Shown piece after piece: positions 56,835-64,000 of a stretch of DNA of 64,000 nucleotides. How positions within the stretch are numbered: position 1 is the first letter of the stretch; each line of letters opens with the position of its first letter. The DNA comes from Octopus vulgaris. Taxonomy: Eukaryota. The stretch lies in NCBI GenBank assembly GCA_951406725.2, contig OX597824.1:50964001-51028000 (forward strand). Reading direction: 5' to 3'. The position numbers were made by a program, and so were the translations under genes. The notes beneath the pieces are model-generated. The model made no database searches and had not been told where the DNA came from. It was given only the letters and a program-made list of their open reading frames with translations.

Positions 56835-57171
56835 TTTAACACCACCTAAACATCGCCATTCCCTAGGAATCGATGATACTACCATTTTAACCCCGGGATT
56901 ATACCTCCTTCAGCTGGTTATGTAGAGCATTCTGCACACGATACATATTGTAAGAGGGGAGAGAACTCCCTACTATTTTAGCCCAGAGGCCATCAGACCG
57001 TGCGGATTCGACCTTCCTATGGTCATCCTCAGTGAGGAAGTTCTCTCCTCACTTGCAATATATATCGAGTGCAGAGTGCACTGTATAACCCTCCGGAGGA
57101 GGTGTCCTCCTGAAGTTAAAATGGTAGTATCGTCGGTTCTTAATGAACAGCTGTGTTTAAGTGGCGTTAAA
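56835..57171. repeat. Imperfect inverted repeat, ~135-140 bp arms (56835-56974 / 57031-57171), ~56 nt loop
   Basis: The arms align essentially without gaps at roughly 75-80% identity, e.g. gatactaccattttaac / gttaaaatggtagtatc and ggagagaact / agttctctcc. Confidence 0.9.
56990..57037 (-). ncRNA. Hammerhead ribozyme-like motif at the apex of a long inverted repeat
   Basis: Minus strand: CCUCA-CUGAGGA-U-GACC AUAGGAA GGUC-GAAU-CCG CA CGG-UC-UGAUGG. GUC triplet, with GAAA changed to GAAU. Confidence 0.65.
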
Positions 57172-58164
57172 CATTACTTGTCAGTATGAATACTGCTTTC
57201 ATCTCGTATAGAGATTTTCTTGACTAGCTAGTTTGCTTGGTGGATGAATATAGAAATGTAGAAATATAGAGATGTTGAGAGATGTTCAAACACAACTGTG
57301 ATATGAGAAGCAGAGAAAAACGGAGAACCAAAAGAAATATGAAATCAGAAACCAACAATAAAATTTTAAGTAATATATAAGACAAATAAAAAACCTCAGA
57401 TAATAACACAGGGTCGACATTCTAGGAAGATAAGAATATGAAAATAGTCCATTGAATAAACATCATTACCTTACAGGAAGTTTTTCTATCAATTCCTAAA
57501 CAGTTGAAAGGTAAAAGTGACTCCAGTTGGATTTCTAATCAAGAACGATAGAAAGGTGAGAACTATTGTAAAACATTTTAACAACTATGCCATCCAATGT
57601 TCTTCCACATACAAAATAACAACACCAGCTCATGTGTATTCAGACAAAATAAACGCATCAATGCCTTCTATTTTGGGTAAACAGCTTTAAAAAGATGCTC
57701 ACAATATCTAGATAATCAGAGAAAGACGAAAAACTCTAGAATATTGCATTCAAGGAATTTCTCCCTATTCTTCCATTTCCTTTTTTTATTGTTTATTATT
57801 TGCAAATGTATTTATTTATATTTTGTAAAGTATCAGAAAATTAAGATAACTTATGACCATCGCCCTGAAATGATTGTCCTTATCAAATATTTCAGCTACA
57901 AAGTGCACATGTGTGTAGCCTACAATTTTGAAGATATATATCGTCATATATTTCTATGTATTAAAATGATTTGTGTATGTAATATTTATAAATGCATTTC
58001 GGCCGTCTTTATGCTCTGACTTCAAATTCTGCGCACGTCGACTATACCAATAGGTCGATAAAAAAAGTACCCCTGGGATCGATGTAATCGACTCGCCCGA
58101 AATTACTGGCCTTATATTTATAAATGCATACGTATGTGCGTATGTCTATATATAAGCACATATA

Positions 58165-58257
<93 letters not shown>

Positions 58258-59029
58258 GGAGAGAGAGATAGTGTATGTAAAATATCACTGTAATGTCATA
58301 ATCTTTAATGAGGAATAAATAAAAATTTTAAGAACTAGTATAAAACATAAAGACAGCCTAAGACAAAAGAGAACAGAAAATTGGAGGCAAGTTCATTAAT
58401 ATTGAAATACATGCATGCATACACAGAAATATATTCAAATATATATTTACATATTGTTATGTATGCCTGTATATATTTATACATAAGGCGGAAGGGTTGT
58501 TAGAGCGTCCGATACATTGGTTTCCTGTAATTCTTTCGGTGTGCTTCCTGTCGCAATCTTTACCTTAACACCATATTAATAACATGATACAATAATAGTT
58601 CTTTATATAATTTACAATGCGCAGCGTTGTTCTTATTTCTCCTGTTTGGATTAGTCATATGATTTTTGTTGCTTCTTTTTTATATAGTTAACATTACTCA
58701 AGTGTTGAATATTTTTTTCGTTTCATCACTTAAACTTCTTTTCTATGGCCTTTACATGGCAAAAATGTTACCGGTCATCCAAAGAGATTTTATGACAATA
58801 CCAACGTTTATGTGTGTGTCCGTGTGAGTGTGTATGTGTGCATGTGTGAGTATGTGTGAGTATGTGTGTGTATTTGCATATGAATATATATATATATGCA
58901 AGCACACATACACACAAACATATATATATATACATACATTCATAATATCACATTCACACGTACATACGCACACACGCGTGCACACGCACACAAACACACA
59001 TACACACACATATATATAGATGATTATGG

Positions 59030-59060
<31 letters not shown>

Positions 59061-59295
59061 GAAAGTGAGATCGGGTGAGAGAGGTGAGAAAGAAAGAGAG
59101 ACAGAGATAGAGAGGGAAAGACAGAGAGAAGGAGAGAGAGAGAGAGATTAAAGAATCCGTTGTTTTACCTTTGTCTTTTTGCTTTTGATATCTTGGGGTG
59201 TTTTTTTCGGTATGCTATCGATTTGTGACACTTTTATTAAAATTTTCCTTTTATACTATTTTTACTTTTTGTCATTATTATTATTATTATTATTA

Positions 59296-59388
<93 letters not shown>

Positions 59389-60070
59389 CTGTTGTTGTTA
59401 TTATTATTATTATTATTATTGTAGTTGTTGTTATTATTACTTTGTTGTTTTTGTTCCTATTTCAATGTTATTAAAATGTCAATTTTAGTTTTTTGTTATG
59501 TTTTTTATTATATATATTTTTACAGTTATGATTCAATTCATTTGGTTGAATTCGCACTCATTCTAGCGTAGTTCATTTCTAGTATAATTGGAAACTTAAA
59601 GGAAACGTGTTGAAGCGTTAAACATCAGAGTTTGGCAAGGAAAGTATTAAGTATTTTACTGCAAGGTATATCTGCTTAGATATGCTTGTATGGTAGTCGA
59701 TATGTTGGACTCTAGCGGTTATCTCAAACATGATTTCGTCAACATGGCACGTAGAAAAATCATATTTTGCATTTCTGATGTTATGACATGTGGAATATCA
59801 AATATTATACATATGTATCAGTAAATCAGTCATGATCCAAGCGTGTGTGCGTGCGGGCGTGTGTGTGTGTGCGTGTGTGTGTGATGTGTGTGTGTGTGTG
59901 TGTATGTGTGCGTGTGTGTGATGTGTGTGTGTGTGGGTGCGTGTGTGTGCGTGTGTGTGTGCGCGTGTGTGCTGTATAAAGGAAGACAGGGAGAGAGAGA
60001 GAGAAAGAAAGAGGTAGAGATAGAGAATGGGACAGGATGAAAGATACTTACATACACCCATACAGACATT

Positions 60071-60120
<50 letters not shown>

Positions 60121-60189
60121 ATATATATATATACATACATGTATGTATACATACATGCATACATACATACATATATACTCTACACACAC

Positions 60190-60231
<42 letters not shown>

Positions 60232-60234
<3 letters not shown>

Positions 60235-61040
60235 GGTGCGGTGAATAAACTATCGTCTAAATTACGCAAAAATGAAAATAACGCTGGCATCTCATTTTTA
60301 CACATATTTATCAAAATTACATAAAAATATCTTGAAATACCAAAGGGTAAATTTATTTGATAAAATCGTCATTGGCTTCAACCATTGCCTTCAGACAGCT
60401 TCAGAATCTCTTACAACTGTTCAAGACGGTCCCCTTGTTTAAGATGGCGAATGATATCATAAGCCTTGCCTTCAGTTCATCTTTGCTGTTACAACGAGTT
60501 TTACTGGTCTCTCGCTCAACTGCGTTCCACACCTAATAATCAAGGGGGCTGCAGTGTAGGGAGTTAGGTGGCCAGGTGTTAGGGGTGGTGTGGTCGCAGA
60601 AATTGTCTGACGGCCATGACTGGGTTCTTCTGCTTGTGTGGCATGGTGCAGAGTCCCGTTGCGAGAGAGAGAGTCTTCCAGCAGCCACCCTCTTTACCCA
60701 GGGCAGTACTACCTCTCCAGGAACTTGATGTAGGCCTCCGTGTTGAGTCAGTGACCGTATGAGAAGATGAATGGATGCATAACGTCGCCGTCACTAGTGA
60801 TCACTCCAAACACAATGATGTTGACTGGATGTTTGATTTTTATCTTTCTCAGTACATGTCCTCAGATTGCACTATTCTTTGAAATGCTTGTATTGGAACT
60901 TCCGGTGCGAATGCCAAGCAGCACAGCATATCTTTTCCAAATTTCTGGTTGAGTGAATTGCGTCACGGTGCAAATACAAACAATGTGCATGCGCGAAATG
61001 ATAAATATAAAATGGCGACAATTCACCTATCGCTTGCTGT
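60232..61040 (-). mobile_element. Second deleted copy of the same Tc1/mariner family
   Basis: The TA|CAGGGTGCGGTGAATAAACT end is colinear with 46547-47150. Contains WPPNSLHCSPLDY. Confidence 0.85.
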
Positions 61041-61101
61041 ATACATATATATATACATTTATATATATATATATATATATATTTATTTATTATATAGAAG
61101 G

Positions 61102-61152
61102 AGCTTCTACAGGACTAGTACTGTTTCATTCAAGAGAAATCTTCAGGAAGCT
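61102..61152 (-). ncRNA. Hammerhead ribozyme motif (type I)
   Basis: Minus strand: AGCUUC-CUGAAGA-UUUC UCUU GAAU-GAAA-CAG UACUAGUC CUG-UA-GAAGCU. 6-bp stem I, intact core, GUA cleavage triplet, near-palindromic stem III. Confidence 0.75.
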
Positions 61153-61452
61153 ATTTAACAAGAATTGTATTAGCATTTATACATTTAGGCAGGTTTAAAG
61201 GAGTGGTGGTGGGGGACTTTTTTGGGGGTAGGCATAGCGCAAAATATCATACTTGGGGGAGTGGTCAAGGAGTCAGTGGTAAGTTAGATGAAAGAATAGA
61301 TAAATAAAAAAATAAATAAAAAAATAAATAAAAAAGTAAATAAAAAAATAAAAAAATAAAAAATAAAAAAATAAAAAAATAATAATAAAATAATAAAATA
61401 AAAAATATATATAAAAAATATATATATAAAAAAATATATATATAAAAATATA

Positions 61453-61484
<32 letters not shown>

Positions 61485-61515
61485 CTATACAATATGTTAC
61501 ATTACTCGGTAGTCA

Positions 61516-61578
61516 AGATAAAACTCTGAGTTTCAGATGCCGAAGTGGAAATCCACAACACCATCTCTTCGGTTATCT
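61516..61578 (-). ncRNA. Hammerhead ribozyme-like motif (type I, variant core) in the 3' UTR/pLTR of the Penelope-like element
   Basis: Minus strand: AGAUAA-CCGAAGA-GAUG..GUGGA/UCCAC..CAUC-U-GAAA-CUCAGAG-UU-UUAUCU. 6-bp stem I, long stem II, near-palindromic stem III, U4C core change. Confidence 0.6.
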
Positions 61579-61773
61579 GGCTATTTGAAAACGTTATGAA
61601 AAAATACCGTTAAAAATGAAGGGAAATTACTCTGTTATAACTCTGCTTTGCCTGCGTACTTATACATCGCTCGCATTTTTCGTCATAAAAATTATATAAA
61701 AATACATAAAAAATATATAAAAATATATAAAAATATATAAAATCTTCTTGGGACATAACACAGAAAGCATGTT

Positions 61774-62817
61774 CTATCCGTTTTCTTTAGGGGACCAAAA
61801 ACGTAACAGAAATTTAGTCACATGTGGGCATGATCCGAAAAGTTCTGTCCTTGTATTTAGACATGTGGTAGGGTCTAAGCTGCTTTTCCAGATAAGCCAT
61901 CTCTCCATGTCGCATAAACCGCACCTTCCGCTGCCGTTAGTATAGGGCTTACATCTGGCCAAAATCTTCCATTGTATGTTATAATCGACACCTTTATCTC
62001 TTAAAGACCAAATATGATTGGATAATTGTGTCGCTTTTCTTTTGTTCCAGTGCCTAAAGCTCAAAGTGTGGTTATTGAACCTGGCCTTGAAATTACCCTC
62101 TGTCAGGCCCACGTATTTCTTCGTCAAAACGGTGTCTTTAGTGGTTATAGAGTTTACGGTAGCCTCATATATGATGGTCTTGGACATGCAAGCTCCATTT
62201 AGCGGGCACAATTCTTTATTCCTGCATGAACAGCTGTTTTCTTCTTGTGTTTTTTGTATGTTATGATTGATTATGTTTTTAAAATTGGTAGTTGAACTAA
62301 AACTAATTTTTAAATTGTGTCTATTGAAGAGTTTCCTATAAGCATGGTTAACTGGAAAATGTCTATCTATCAGTGCTAGGAAATATTTACCTATATTGAA
62401 GGCCACCTCGGGTGAGTAAGGGGGCGTAAACCAGATGACCTTCCTATTTCTATTATTCCTTTTCTTTATTGTTGGGCTGGTGATAGGTGTATATTTTATT
62501 TTTTCGCTAAAACCACTATCTTTTAAAGCTTTATTATAAACTGGGGCAACGCTATTGAAGATGTCCTCATTAGATGAGAGGCTAGAAATCCTCTTACTAA
62601 TATTTTTAACTAAATTTTTGAATACTATAGGGGGATGGCATGAACCTACATTAATATAACTTAGTCTATCATTGGGCTTCCTATAAGGCTTATAAATATT
62701 ATTATTAAGATCTAAGGAAACGTCTAAGAAATTGACAACCGTCAGGTTAGTGTCTATAGTTATACTAAGTCCGAAGTGTTTCATTAACTGGATAATATCC
62801 TTCCTAAAACGATCTTG
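61774..62817 (-). CDS. Inverted 3' half of the same Penelope-like ORF: RT thumb, Cys linker and GIY-YIG endonuclease
   Basis: ORF 61774..62841(-) contains NFLDVSLDL, CSCRNKELCPLNGAC, IIYEATV...KKYVGLTEGNFKARFNNH (GIY-YIG), CGLC and LNTRTELFGSCPH. 62354-62817 is the reverse complement of 63537-64000. The first 8 aa of the ORF-track protein come from across the inversion junction. Confidence 0.9.
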   Translation of the reverse strand, partial: QDRFRKDIIQLMKHFGLSITIDTNLTVVNFLDVSLDLNNNIYKPYRKPNDRLSYINVGSCHPPIVFKNLVKNISKRISSLSSNEDIFNSVAPVYNKALKDSGFSEKIKYTPITSPTIKKRNNRNRKVIWFTPPYSPEVAFNIGKYFLALIDRHFPVNHAYRKLFNRHNLKISFSSTTNFKNIINHNIQKTQEENSCSCRNKELCPLNGACMSKTIIYEATVNSITTKDTVLTKKYVGLTEGNFKARFNNHTLSFRHWNKRKATQLSNHIWSLRDKGVDYNIQWKILARCKPYTNGSGRCGLCDMERWLIWKSSLDPTTCLNTRTELFGSCPHVTKFLLRFWSPKENG

Positions 62818-64000
62818 GTAGATAACAGCAAATACACACAACTCTTACACAACAGCATCATTAATAATTATACTAAGGCTAGGGCACAGACATATAACGA
62901 AATTAATAAAGAAGCTAGCGTCATCGCCGCTAAACTTAAATTAGATAAAAAAATAGAAACCCTCCCCAAAAAGAGGCCTTTATTACTATTAAAGACCACA
63001 AAGAAAACTTCCTTTCCAATCCTAAATGTAGGCTTATCAACCCAGCCAAGTCAGAACTAGGGATTATTAGCAAAGAAATTTTAGATAAAATAAATACGAA
63101 AATTAAGACTGATACTAGGCTAGTGCAATGGTCCAATAGTATAGAAGTCGTAGACTGGTTTAAAGCTATTAAGAATAAGAAAAAAGCGAGGTTTACACAA
63201 TTCGATATTGTTGATTTTTATGCCTCTATCTCTAAAGAACTGCTAGATAAAGCCCTAATCTTCGCTAGTGACTTCATAGAAATTAGTACCAATGATAAGG
63301 ATATAATCTTCCATGCTAGAAAGACATTACTTTTCAGTGAGAATGCAAAGTGGGTAAAAAACACCGACACGGAGGGCGCTTTCGATGTGAGCATGGGTTC
63401 ATATGATGGGGCAGGCATCTGTGATCTAATTGGACTCTTTCTCCTAGATACCTTCAGTAAGACATTCCCTAACGTACATTTCGCCATCTACAAAGATGAT
63501 GCCCTCGCCTTAACAGCTAATACAAATGGACCAGCACAAGATCGTTTTAGGAAGGATATTATCCAGTTAATGAAACACTTCGGACTTAGTATAACTATAG
63601 ACACTAACCTGACGGTTGTCAATTTCTTAGACGTTTCCTTAGATCTTAATAATAATATTTATAAGCCTTATAGGAAGCCCAATGATAGACTAAGTTATAT
63701 TAATGTAGGTTCATGCCATCCCCCTATAGTATTCAAAAATTTAGTTAAAAATATTAGTAAGAGGATTTCTAGCCTCTCATCTAATGAGGACATCTTCAAT
63801 AGCGTTGCCCCAGTTTATAATAAAGCTTTAAAAGATAGTGGTTTTAGCGAAAAAATAAAATATACACCTATCACCAGCCCAACAATAAAGAAAAGGAATA
63901 ATAGAAATAGGAAGGTCATCTGGTTTACGCCCCCTTACTCACCCGAGGTGGCCTTCAATATAGGTAAATATTTCCTAGCACTGATAGATAGACATTTTCC
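62818..64000 (+). mobile_element. Penelope-like element (Naiad-type) reverse transcriptase region, 5'-truncated, runs off the window
   Basis: Manual translation: ...LKLDKKIETLPK/(1-nt shift in A-run 62968-62972)/EAFITIKDHKENFLSNPKCRLINPAKSELGIISK...FTQFDIVDFYASIS...FDVSMGSYDGAGICDLIG...AIYKDDALA (YKDD 63489-63500)...VVNFLDVSLDL...YKPYRKPND...SCHPP. The frame stays open to 64000. These motifs match PLE RTs of the Naiad clade. Confidence 0.9.

Noticed and set aside
61774-62300. Selenocysteine recoding as in some Naiad elements
   Set aside because: There is no in-frame TGA in the GIY-YIG/Cys region and I recognised no SECIS.

Overview
AT-rich, microsatellite-saturated eukaryotic intergenic or intronic DNA, most likely from a coleoid cephalopod (Octopus-like; inferred from the tRNA-derived SINE families and the mollusc-type 5S copy). 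No host protein-coding exon could be supported, and nearly all ORF-track entries are translations of (TA)n/(CA)n/(TATC)n/(TACA)n/trinucleotide repeats. Recognisable content: three SINE families in many copies; RTE, HERO-like, R4/Dong-like and Tx1-like LINE relics; Tc1/mariner, pogo-, hAT- and Helitron-type DNA elements; a 5S rRNA pseudogene; and a young Naiad-type Penelope-like element (RT + GIY-YIG) with an inverted partial copy at the right end. The main unannotated signal is about ten sequence-distinct type I hammerhead-ribozyme-like motifs, most with palindromic stem III. One of them caps a ~335-nt rod-like inverted repeat that resembles a retrozyme or viroid-like RNA. There are also several long inverted repeats. 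All calls are by manual reading and alignment, and repeat boundaries are approximate.
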